Source: Asterias rubens (Eukaryota). From it: DNA of 64,000 bases. Below the pieces are notes generated by a model. The model worked only from the letters and a program-made list of their open reading frames with translations. It was not told the DNA's origin and searched no databases. The stretch spans positions 9,796,001 through 9,860,000 of the forward strand of contig NC_047066.1 in the NCBI RefSeq assembly GCF_902459465.1, read 5' to 3'. Numbering within the stretch: position 1 is the first letter of the stretch; the number at the start of each line of letters is the position of its first letter. A program made the position numbers and the translations under genes. Positions 35,649-47,624 of this stretch are shown one piece after another.

Positions 35649-38284
35649 TTAAATCTGAAATGAATGAATAAAATAGAGGCTCATAAAAAAGAACAAAAGT
35701 TACATCAATGGGGGTGTGGCAGGAGAGTGTATTAAGAGAATTGCTAGACTAAAATGCACATTGGGTTGGCTGCAATAGCTGAAAATGGCTTCAAATGCTT
35801 CACGAAATTGAGCTCTTACACAGGAGAAAGGGGGGTTGGTTCTTAACTATGTAATTTAACAACACCTTTTGATTTAATTTTTTAAGCTCATAGTAGTACA
35901 TGTACTACCATGAAGAAATAGTGTTCACTAGTTACCAGGATAATCAGAGTCAGACCTTTAATGATGCAAAATAAAAAGTATCTTTAAAAATTACTGACCG
36001 GTGTTTTATTGTTTTAAAATCACTCATTAAGAAAATTTATCAAACATAAAGATTTAAATTGAAAGATGCTCTCTGTGCCTGCTTTCCCTAGATATTTTTG
36101 TGACTGGAATTATTTCCTCTGACTTAACCAACTAGTTAAGATATAGGATTAAAACTGCCCCTAGCTTCTCGGGCAATCACGGTGGTCTTGATGACACTGC
36201 TCTAGAATTGCAAGGGTCTTTAGGTTTGAATCGCATCCATGTATGTATTAACGTATGAAGGATTTTTTGTCCACAAAACTCAGGAAAGCACTTGGTAAAC
36301 AGTGCTTATGCACATAGGTAAACCAAATTTAACAAAATTGTGAGGTTGCATACTTATTGCAAACACCTCTTAATTGGGTAATTTGTCAGTTTTTTTTTAT
36401 ATGCACCTTTTTAGTGTGGGTCAAAGGTAATAATTTAGGGAAAGCAAGACAAAAGAACATCTGAGCCCAATTTCATAGAACTTACACTACAAAAAGTTAT
36501 GTTTAGTTATCAGAGAAAGAATACCAGCCGAAATACCATGTCATATGTAGCCGGTTTCCTGCTTATTTTTGCTTGGCAGTTATCTGTAAAGTTGTATAGC
36601 AGTGATGACAGCAGTTGCAAGGATCTAATCAGTGCACCAACTGGTTGAGGACATTAAAAAAAAAAACTAAAAATAGTAATATCAATAATTCCAAAAATTA
36701 GTTGGATTTTTTTTAATTTCATGCATGAGATGTAGGGATGATAGTTCAAGACAACAAAGGCGAAATTTACAATTTCCTTGTGTGCCCTTTACCAAGTAGA
36801 AAATGCCTTGTTGTCCTTGCCCTTTTAAAAACGAAGCATACAGATTGTGTATTTCAATTTTGGATTTAAATTCTTCATGCATGGACATACCCTCCACCTT
36901 TTGAACTAAAACTACAGAGAGGTGGTATTTTGTATTTATATCTAAATATAAAACAATGGAACATTTTGGAAAACCAAAAGATAGCCTACTTTGCCTTTAA
37001 ACTGTACACATTGTGCAAACATGTAAAAACAAAACAAAAAATGAATTATAACACACCTCTTGCTTGTTCTGTATTCTGGTTGGCTGAAACACGGTCACGT
37101 GGGGTGAATTTATAAATGTCTTGCGGGAATAGCGCCTCTTTTGACGTGAACAGCAACTACGGGTCCCTCTGGGGAATAGACATACACTAGTTACCTCATT
37201 GCCAGTCAATATATGTATACTAATGTAAGACATTCTTAACTTGGACAAAGTATTAAAGGAATAGGTTTGGATGAAACATCTATGCATTTCACTCTACTTA
37301 ACACATCACATAATTTCGTTTAAAATTCTTAAATACAAAAATATATCCAAGTTTCCAAATAATCTACATTTAAATGTACATTGCAAGCTTGTTAGTAAAC
37401 TGCACTCAATTTTAAATTATTTCAATTATTCATACACCTGTAGGTTTATAGAATATTATTGTCACTCAAATAAAAAACTGTCAATAAATCTTGACACTAC
37501 GTTACTTTTATCCACTCAATGCTACCATTGCATCCACTACTGACGAAATACAATGAAAGCACCAGTGTTTTTTAACATGCATAGAATTTGTTGTAGTATG
37601 AAACAGTGGATGTTGTAATAAACCATAGGGATCTCCCCAGGTTTATTTTGTAAAATGGGTTGCATTCTAAACCCACATTTTTGAAGTTTTGGCCGAAGCA
37701 AGCTTATTTGAAACGAAGTATTTTACAAACAAATTGTATTTTACAGAAGGGCTTTTAAAACCAAGATAAACAGACACTTAAGTGGAAAACATTCCAAAAA
37801 CATTATTTTTGTTTTCTCTTGATGTTTTTGGTATTGGCACGTATAGGCATATTGGCCTGATACCCTAGTTTGTGCATGGGTAGAACCCTGTTTTGTTTTG
37901 TGTTTTGGCAAACTTGCCGTACGTACATGTCTGACCAACTATTTATCTGACCAATATTTGTACATGTACCTCGTTCGTTAGAAATGTCAATAATTAAATG
38001 TGCATTAGAAATTTAAATCCAACATGAATCTCATCTGGAATACATTCAATACAAAACAATGTTTATGCTGTGATTGACCAAAGCTGCTACTACCAAGCAG
38101 GTCTCCTTGCCCTCAGTCTGCTGCAAAGCTGGAACACCGTAACCTTAAATATTTGGCCAATGTTGCAAGATTTGATTTCCAAAAATCCTGCATTTGAGGT
38201 AAAGCCATGGTTCTTTTTTCTTTCATCCTATTATAATCAAGCTGCCACTTCATTTTGCTGATGAGACTTCTTTTCAATGTCCTT

Positions 38285-38944
38285 TTATAGTGATGTCCCA
38301 CTTCCAGTTGGTGGTATTTTCTCCAAGGGTGTATCTAAGACCGGTCGCTCCAGCTCGTCCAGGTTGATTCCTTTGTCCTTTATGGCATTCTGTTGACAAA
38401 TTCAGATTTACAATTTTAAAAATACGAGCACTTTTTATTGCAAGAACTGTAAGTTTTCATATGAGCAAAAAGAGGTTCTGCACCTCTCCACCAATTTATC
38501 CACCCTAAACTAGCTCCGATTCCACTTATCAAGAAAAAAACATCCAGAAATTGGTGGCGAGGTCGTAAACATTTTCCTAGAATAGAAGGCAAGTTTGCAG
38601 TTTAAACTACAAAATGGATTATGAGAATTAACAATTTGACACTTTTTGGGCAAATATAATGAACCAAATATACCTGGACTGAGTGAGGAGGAACAAGATT
38701 TAAAAACGAAATTTAGGGTTTTAGTTTACCGGAGAGAAATGCTCCCTCTTTTTTTTAAGTTTTAAAAACTATAATTTTGGAGTAAAAAGAAAATACTCAC
38801 TTTCACACATGCTTGGTACCTTTTGAAGATGTCTGCACATGCATCATTGTAGTTGCCCTTCAAGAACTTATCACTAAACCACGTATTGAAGCAAGCATCA
38901 TATTCGTTCTTCAGGTTTTGGCAGTCTTTCCCAATGCTTTCCAT
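38285..38944 (-). CDS. TRIAP1: TP53-regulated inhibitor of apoptosis 1 (Mdm35 homolog). Exons: complement(38801..38944, 38285..38389)
   Basis: MESIGKDCQNLKNEYDACFNTWFSDKFLKG...CADIFKRYQACVK|NAIKDKGI; twin CX9C motif. Confidence 0.95.
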
Positions 38945-39589
38945 TGTCACTGATTCTAAATCACTTCTCTACTCTGGAATCTGCTAAACTCTCGCTTGAT
39001 CTCCACTCACTCCTGCTGACTTTGTTTTGAAGTGGCAAAGAAGTAAGATCGAGCAGTCAAAAGTTGATTTGCAGAAGTTGACAAACACCAGACTTGAGCC
39101 AGTAATATCCTTAAGTTATGTAAACGGTAATAATCACCTGATATTTTGTGGTTAACTATAGGACGATTTGACAAAAAGTTTGCCTTTAGCCTCCACTGAC
39201 AAAATTGTGTCGTCTGCTATTTACACCGGAAACAGACAACATTCACTATTTTATAGACATCCGCCTTTCAACATAGTACCACATAATGTTCGTTATTTAG
39301 CAAATTAAAACTTAATTTTAAAAAGGCAGCATTGGTAAAAGTATCCTTTCATGAATAACACGATCTGAACAAAAATAAGGAACTAATACTGGCCATGATG
39401 TTCGTTGTACCAAAAAGGATGGCCAAAAAGGTCAGTGGCGGATTGATTTTTTCTAACATGTAAAAAAGCTCAAAACAAAATGGCAGCGCCCATGGAGTGC
39501 CCGTGACTCTGTGCGATTCACGGACGGTTAACATTATTGAACAATTTGTGCTTTTTAAAAGAGCTAAAAGCTCCATAAAGTAAGCCAGG
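38945..39589. promoter_or_regulatory. Bidirectional promoter region TRIAP1/GATC
   Basis: Divergent ATGs 645 bp apart; CCGGAA ETS-like and AAAATGGCAGC YY1-like motifs. Confidence 0.6.
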
Positions 39590-42500
39590 ATGTTGCGGAA
39601 GATACTGCGATTGCGGTCTGCAATGTGCAATGTAGAGATTCGCAGGCTTTGTTCTTCTAATAACCGTCTAAATTCCAAGGTATAGGTTTCGTAAATATTC
39701 AACACTGAGGGCGCCCTATACAATGTTTGTTCTCATGACATTTTTGCAGAGCTGAATTGAAAATGTAAATGTCGTTTTCTACCTCCATGCTAGAAGAAGT
39801 AGAACTTACAAGAAGAACTCGTTACATTATAAATGCTTACCTAGTGCCTAATAAACTCCAATTACGACAGCCCTTTTTCCTTCCTCCAATTCCAAAGCTA
39901 CATATTCAATTCATCCTTTTTTTAATGAATTTTATTGCAAGTATCTGGCTGGTCAATATTATTAAATGTCTGACCTTTTATTTACAGATCAGATGAGAAA
40001 GGTTGACATATTTAACCTAGCTAGAGAAACACGCACATATTTTGAACCTACCTCCATCATGTCCACAACAATACGGTGTCAAATTCATGGAAATAAGACA
40101 TTTCTGGGTCTATGGTGCATTGACAATGCAACACAATGCAAAACAACATTTCATTGGTGCTCAAGGGAGTTCCGGTTCAATATACTGATAATGAGACTTA
40201 ACTTAAAAGGACATTTTATTGTTTTTTAAGGTCAATACCTATTACAAGCATTTTTATATTACTACCTACCACATCTTCATGGGAAATAAATTCCAACAAT
40301 CATTTAACAAGTTAATATAAAAATGCCTTTTTTTATAGAAAGTGGCAATGAGTTATGTAAATTTTGAATGTTGGCAACTTGGCATACATACAGTATTTAA
40401 TTTTTACCACATTGTTTATCATTCAATTTGTTTTTATTGATTGATTACATCTGTCATCTGAACTCTACAACACTATTCTAATAAAAAATTGTTTAATTTT
40501 GCACTTTTACTGTTCGAATTTTAATTAACAATAAAGACATTATATTCAATAGTTGTTGTTCTAAAGCTGTTCCATGACATAATCATCAGCAATGTGTCAT
40601 TGTGTTTTTATCTGACATTTAAAAAGTTGTCATTGTTAATAAATCTTTCGTGTAAAATTCAGATGTTTTCTTTATTTCGTCATCAGATACCTCCAAAGCC
40701 ACTGCCGACAAGAATCGACCCGAGTGATTTGCCAGAGGTACGTGTATGTACTACACATACAACAGTGGCTAACTTAACCGTCTAGAGCAAGGCTAGAATG
40801 TAACACTTGACTACCGGTCCCAGTCTACCAAATTTGTTTAAAACAGTTTACATTTTACACTCTGTAGAAAGTTCTGTCTCATTGAGATTCACACTTGTAA
40901 AAATAAATGTTGCGGTCCGATCAAATTATTGGGGTACAAGCCCTGCAGTTTTGTAGACCAGTGAATTGGTTTTCATACCCTGTTCGAACATGCACACAAA
41001 TCCTATACATAACATTTTTTTCACTGAACTTGACGATTGGTTATACATGTATGCTCTAGACTATGGCTATATCTTGAAAAATGAAGAAAATTATCATACT
41101 TTCCCGAAAACCAACAAGTACTTTTTTGTTTCTAAAGGAGACAATTGTCGATGAGAAGACAATACAACAACTAGAGAGACTTGCCCTGGTGAATTTCAAC
41201 AATACAGCAGGAATACAACAATTATCAGAGGCCATCAGATTAGCGGATCAAATCCGTACAGTCGACACAACTGGGGTTGAACCCATGGACTCCGTGCTGG
41301 AAGACAGGTAGTTGCCGCTGTGGCTTTTAAAAATTGTTTCTAAATTTGGAGACTTATATAGGCCATTAAGTACATATAAAATGTTTTCCCAATGTAATAA
41401 TACGACCGATCATATTATTTAGATAGAGGCGTGTTAAAAAAAAACATGGACTGGCATAATTCCATCACCAGTGCACACTCCAACCCCTCAGGCCAATGAG
41501 TGACCAGAAGAACATATTTTGGTCACTCACAATCCCAAAGAGGGAATAGACATGCTCAAGTGACCTCACCCCCAAACCATATGTGTATTATATTAGGGTT
41601 GTTTGTTTATTGCCTACCAAGATTTCCTGCTGGAGGTACTGGATTTGGCATTGAAAACCTCTTTAAAGAGAACACATCAAATAATCGTACACGTAGCATG
41701 TACATGCACATCAAGAAAAAAGCCAACAATACTTTTCATGTTTCCTGCAGTCAATATTTATTCAATTCACAAATACATGAGCATGTTATTAATCGAGACT
41801 TGTAATAGATCTGAGAACTCTTCAAATATTGCAGATTTGCACCTTTTAGTATGGACAAAGAACTAATTAAACACTTTCAGTCTACTGCTTTCTCTTCCTT
41901 ATAAGAATGCTGTATTTAAGAGACGATGACGTCACAGAGGGAAACTGTGCAGAGGAAGTTCTGAGAAATGCCGCCAAGACTTGCGAGGAATCCTTTGTGG
42001 CACCGCCCGGTAGGTGTACTTTTCTTTTCCAAAGTTAATCATTCTGGCCAGAAATTAAGCCATGACCTCTCTATAGCCTTCGTCTTGAACCCCTCAAAAC
42101 ATTCCCAATGACTTGTACAGGGATGAGAGCCATTGCCCGACAAGGAATATTCAGAAACCAGGATCACAATTAGGGAAGGTATATTGAAATTATGGCTTCC
42201 CCACCTTATAGTAAGCCCTGTGGCTAAACCGTTTAGATTTTACAGATATTTTTATGAACCGTGTCCTCGGCTCTGAAAGTACATGTACATGTAGATCAAA
42301 GACTAGAGCAGGATTTGTTTTATGTGGACAAAATAAAGGTTCATTTTCGTCACCGGGCTAACAATCCGGATTCAGATAAAAGTCTAAAATTTCTCATCCC
42401 TGCTTTGAAGACTTTCCAATGGCGTTGCCTTCAAGAAGATGAAATTCCAAGCCCAACAGTGGTTTGTTTTATCCAAGTTATGTTGTCCTTAGTTAGTTAA

Positions 42501-42597
42501 GGTCTTAACATTATTGAAACTTAATTAATTGCATTCTGCTTTTATTTCAGGGAATATCCCATTACCTTCAAAATCTGTGGCAAGCTTTGGTGACTAA
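39590..42597 (+). CDS. GATC: Glutamyl-tRNA(Gln) amidotransferase subunit C, mitochondrial. Exons: 39590..39679, 40687..40737, 41138..41307, 41906..42009, 42551..42597
   Basis: Arg-rich presequence-like exon 1; LERLALVNF...[25 protein letters not shown]|[20 protein letters not shown]...EESFVAPPG|NIPL. Confidence 0.92.
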
Positions 42598-42676
42598 CTC
42601 CTTGAGGCTGATCAGGAAGGATCATGACATTCGATTCAGAAAAATGAAAACTCCTTTTAAAATGCTAACTGCTTAA

Positions 42677-43036
42677 AGACACTAGACACCTTTGGCAATT
42701 GTCAATGACCAGTTATTGTCACTTGGTGTACTTCAACATATGCATAAAATAATACAGATAATAGAAAATACACCCTTGTCACACTAAGTTGTGTGCTTTC
42801 AGAGGCTTGACTTCGGGACTTCTAACATGTCAAAATCGAATTCTGAGGTCTCAAAATCAAACTCAAATATTTTAGTGGAAAGGTACTTCTTCCTCAAAAA
42901 CTACGTTACTTCAGAGGAAGCCGTTTCTCACAATGTTTTGTACTATTAACAGCTCTCATTGCTTTTCACCAAGTAAGTTTTTATGCTAGCAAAAATAGCA
43001 ATTATTTTTGGTATTTACCAATAGTGCCCAGTGTCT
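42677..43036. mobile_element. Kolobok-type MITE
   Basis: TTAA|AGACACTAGACAC ... GTGCCCAGTGTCT|TTAA. Confidence 0.8.
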
Positions 43037-43785
43037 TTAAACTCAGAAGCAGATTTCCCTACCTGTTTGCGGTTGAAATTTCAGGAATCACACACTTTGA
43101 TGGATTACTGCAAAACAAGCTTTCCTTCAATAGTAATAAATACCGAACTTGTTTCAACAAGTTCAGATACATGTATGCAGCTGAACTTTTTATGAGACAA
43201 GTACAGTATTTGTTACTCCTGTCAGAGACAAAGGGGAACCATACATACACTTTGTACATTTGTTGATATTATATTAAAATAAATGAAAAGTGATAATATC
43301 AAAACTTTTAAAAAGTGCAGTTTGTGCCGTTAGTATTTTCCTTTTCGAGTCCCCCCCCCCCTTACGCCTACTAAGAACCCTCTCCTTCAAATGAGATTGA
43401 AAAAGTGCACAAGTGAAAGATTTTATACATCAATAGCCCTCCAAACTATGTGTTTGCCCCACTTGACCCCCCCCCCCTCCGAAATAAAAATGTCAAGTTA
43501 CCCCACTGCTGCTTTAAAACCCCTTTCATTTCCAAATGTACTCTTCTGAATATTTCAAAATCTTAAATCCAAAGAAACAGCCACAAGTTCAAAAATGATT
43601 ATCTTGATCCTGATCGACATTCCTAGAGAAGCTCCCCAGAGAATACGAACTTCCCGAAATGATTTAAGTATCTCCAACAAGTGAAGCGTCAGCTTTTTGT
43701 CTCCAGGGGAGAGGCTGCAAGTTGGACTTCAGCTTCTATTCACCAGGGAAGAGTGCCGTGGAATGGTTAAGACTAGTGTTGTTGT

Positions 43786-43913
43786 CAAGTTCTTGGGGTC
43801 CAAGTCCTTGGGGGTCCAAGTCCTTGGGGTCCAAGTCCTTGGGGTCCAAGTCCTTGGGGTCCAAGTTCTTGGGGTCCAAGTCCTTGGGGTCCAAGTCCTT
43901 GGGGTCAAAGTCC
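43786..43913. repeat. 15-bp minisatellite (CAAGTCCTTGGGGTC) x8 plus a partial unit, probably inside a small hAT-like MITE (~43774-43963)
   Basis: Direct reading of the units; TAGTGTTGT...ACAACACC ends; flanks GTTAAGAC/GATAAGAC. Confidence 0.9.
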
Positions 43914-44488
43914 CGAGTCCTTGAAAAAAACACTCCGATCCGAGTCCTACATGTACAACACCGATAAGACATGACATCATGACTTATATTAAGCCCCGCC
44001 TCTCAGGAACTCTCAAAGGCCTTGAGGCGTGAAAGGATCCAAAATTTAGCCATCTTCAGATCAGCGAAAGGTAAAAATAAAAAATATATCCCAAAACTTC
44101 TAAATTACATTTATCCATGGTGGGCAGGACTCCTCCTTTAAATTTGTTTTCCCAATGGAGATCTGATCCAGAGTTCAGTAAAATCCAGTGATTCCAAAAT
44201 AAAGATTGTGTCCTTTTCCCTCCAATTGATTGAAACTGGCTCTCGGTTAAACCTTGAAAGAGAAGTTGGGAAAGTTGGGTTAATTCACTTGGCTACCTAC
44301 AAATGTACATGTACGCCTACAAGCTGCATGGGGAAGAGGCAAACCCACATATGGGTATCAGGAGTTAACAGAATGGACAGTCTTGGTGCAAGACCTTGTT
44401 TTGATTTGTCACATCTTCCCCCATGTGAGGGCGCCATCATCAACAATCCATTCTTACAACAAAAACCTGGTCATACATATTGTGGTTC

Positions 44489-44618
44489 TAGCCCACCTTG
44501 TTGAGCTATTAATGGCTCCGCTTTTAACATCGGTCTCATCACTGTCGCCATTGTAATGGCGACAGTGATGAGACCGATGTTAAAAGCGGAGCCATTAACA
44601 GCTCAACAAGGTGGGCTA
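44489..44618. mobile_element. 130-bp foldback element (64-bp arms, 1 mismatch) with 10-bp TSD; Mutator-like
   Basis: Arms 44489-44552 and 44555-44618; ATTGTGGTTC at 44479-44488 and 44619-44628. Confidence 0.88.
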
Positions 44619-45619
44619 ATTGTGGTTCGTGTTGTAAGAAAAGTTGGTGGAAAATGATAGCGCCCGCTTATGGGAAAATTGTGACAAATCAAAACGAGAT
44701 ATTGCACCAAAACTAAGTGGAGGCATCCAAGAACCTCTGGACCAAAGGTTGGAAACCAAGTCGGTTATGTAGCTTATTTAAGAAATTTAGTAAGGAAAAT
44801 CTATCAATTTCCTTCGCATCTCTGGTAACTGCCTTGATTGCCCCTTGATTCTTCCCCGTAAAAATGTAGATTTCCCTCATAATAGTACTACATTGCACTT
44901 ATAAAAGTTGGAAGGGCCTTTTAGCAATGAGATACAAGAACGTACAAGCCCGTACAAGAACCAAGTATTGGACCCAACTATCTCTCAATAATGGGATAGC
45001 ATCAATCGTTCAATATATTTTCGGATAAGTCACTTTAAAAAGAAAAAACAAAAAAGCAGTGAGACTTGAATTAAAGAACAAGAGTACATGTTATTAACAA
45101 TAAAAATTACCGCATTGAACTAAAAACAATATTGGAATTAAAGTAAATTGTCAGTTACACCATGAAGTTGAAAAATCACAAGACATACATCACCAAACAG
45201 AAAGAGACATGCTAGTCAATGCATTATACACGTACCCCACTGCAATCTAAAAATTGTAATAAAGTAGGTCTAAGAGAACATATCCCACATACATGTACAC
45301 CAAAATCTTGTGTGCACTTTTGAATAATAGAAAAGATTTTCTGGTGATATTTATTTACTTTTTTAGATACAGCGTCTCCTAAATAGATGGATAAAATACA
45401 AACACAGTTCTTTAAACAAAACAAAACGGAAGTTTTTTCTCACAGCCCCAAATATTCAAATTAGTCCCATTTAAGAAAAAGTGTACAAGTAGCCCATTAA
45501 GAAATGAATTTCAAGCACCCACCCCCACCCCCCACCCCCAAAAAAGAGAACACATTTTTAAATAGTGATATAATAATAAAAATAATGGTAACAAATAAAA
45601 AATAATTCAAACATAATTC

Positions 45620-45968
45620 AAACAATGCACAACAAACATTTATTTCAATCATACCATCAAATCCATCCACGATTCGTCCAAAACGCTTTTTGATCCTAAT
45701 CCATTGATCCAAATCCTTTGATCCAAATCCGGAATCCTGTGTTCCTGATCCAAATCCTGATCCAAATCCATGATCCTTTCATCCTGATCCGAAAATCCCT
45801 CCGTAGGATCCCTCATCCTAAATTTGGGTGCTCCATTTTTTTTTCTGAGCCATCTTTTCCTGATCCCGTCATGACAACAAAAATCCTTAAGAATCCGTTT
45901 CGTGGACTCCTTGAATTCCAACGATAATCCTAAGAAATCCCAATTTGTGAATGTCCATCCTTACGACA
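45620..45968 (-). other. SRSF1: Putative non-coding terminal exon of SRSF1/9 carrying a GGAU array (3' boundary approximate)
   Basis: Polypyrimidine acceptor TTTTTTTCAATATTCTCAG| at 45969/45968; 25 GGAT in 45661-45960; AATAAA at 45644-45639. Confidence 0.65.
45639..45644 (-). terminator. Polyadenylation signal AATAAA for SRSF1/9
   Basis: AATAAA on the minus strand followed by GT-rich sequence. Confidence 0.55.
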
Positions 45969-47624
45969 CTGAGAATATTGAAAAAAATACAAGATGTTAG
46001 ATACACTAAATATCTTAACTGGAGATCAATTGTTTGTCAGAATATTTACAATAAAAACACACCATATCTAAAAGTGCATGCAGCTTATGATGATTATTAC
46101 CAAATCCTCATAGCAGATTTTTGACATTTTCTCATGGACATATCATCATAATCAGAGTCGAACACTTTGAGTGAGTTCCCATATGGAGTTTTGTTTTTGT
46201 TTACAGCGAGAAATGACCCCCTTGGTAAACAACCCTTGGGGTCGATTTCACAGTGAGTTAGGCCTGACTTGGGACTAGTCCTAGGAGATATTAAAAACTT
46301 AAGGCTAGTTTTAACTCTTTGTGAAATCCCCCAAAGCTGGTTAAGGCACTGTTTATGCAATCAACGTGTGGTCATTAGATACATGTGCAGATATTTACTA
46401 AACAAAATCAATGGGATTTGCTGATTTTCCTGCCCAATACGGTTAAGAGATTCTTCAGGTGGTTAATGCAAAACATAATTGAAATGGAATTGTTTAATAT
46501 TTCTTGTTTCAATACTCGTGCACATAAGAAAGTCCTTTACCTGCAGTTTTATTATTGTGTTCCTAAATTACCACTCTAAACCACTTCATCAAAAGCAGCC
46601 CATGCATTTTTACAGCTGTTATTAAAATTATCAGATTATCAACATTTTTACTAAACACACAGGGAAGTTATCAATTCTGTATTCTTTTTGACAATTTCCA
46701 ACACCAACCAATAAAAAAACAAAAATCAACTCAAGCTTACAAAATATTATGGTAAAATATCAGCTAGAAAATATGCCAAAAACCACACATGTTTAAAACG
46801 CAATGTAAACCAGTTTTCTCAAGTTTACAACCCAACCTGGAACCAGGAGCAGTGAATCTTTTTAAGCCAAACCAATTTGAGATAAATGACTGGTCCCTCT
46901 TTGACATGATGAGAATAACTATTCATAAACTAAAAATGTCTACAAGATACTTCTCAAAACAGATGGTGCGTGATTATTGTCTAGTGAGTTAGCTTCTACA
47001 TGTTGGCACATTTAACAAACCATTTTTATAAGAATATTGAAGGAATATTTTAAAAACGTTTTCAGCAACCATATTAATTTATTCTTACTTATGCATTGTA
47101 CAAAAAACTTTGTGAAAAAAAACAATAAGTGATGACCATGGGGTGTAACAAATCAAAGAAATATCAAATAAAATGAAAAAAGGCATATCTTGAAAAGTCA
47201 AGTCAAACACTACAGCATAATAAAATGGCAACTACTTGAGGGGCAACTGTAAGTCTTTTATGGAAAGTTTGCGCAAATGTTTACGTACACAGTTCTGCTG
47301 ATTTCTTCAACAACGTAATATATTTTCTAAGTAAGAGAAAATTGTGCACAATAGCCAGGGTACAGCAGACAATTGGATGCCTTGTATTTTTCAGACTTCA
47401 TCTATAAGCATTATTGTAAGCACTCATACTCTAAACTTCTAGGTTAATGTTCTACATGTGGTAAAGTTCTTGGTTTTCTTCAAAAAACTTATTTTGTCAA
47501 ACCAACCTTGGTTTCCCAGTTGTTTCGCAAATTGCGAAGGAAAGAGTGAAGATAAGTCTTCCACTCCATTATAAGCTAAATCTATGCTCAGCCTGACATT
47601 CCCGGCCCACAGTCGTCCCTCACT

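Noticed and set aside
43697-43980. Pentapeptide-repeat ORFs (QVLGV, PRTWT, DLDPK)
   Set aside because: Translations of the 15-bp minisatellite; no gene structure.
45649-45927. ORFs over the GGAU-rich segment
   Set aside because: Low-complexity products with no homology; the signal is at RNA-motif level.
46085-46151. Possible box C/D snoRNA (ATGATGA plus a 10-bp terminal stem)
   Set aside because: No CTGA D box in position (CTGC only); just a 10-bp inverted repeat.
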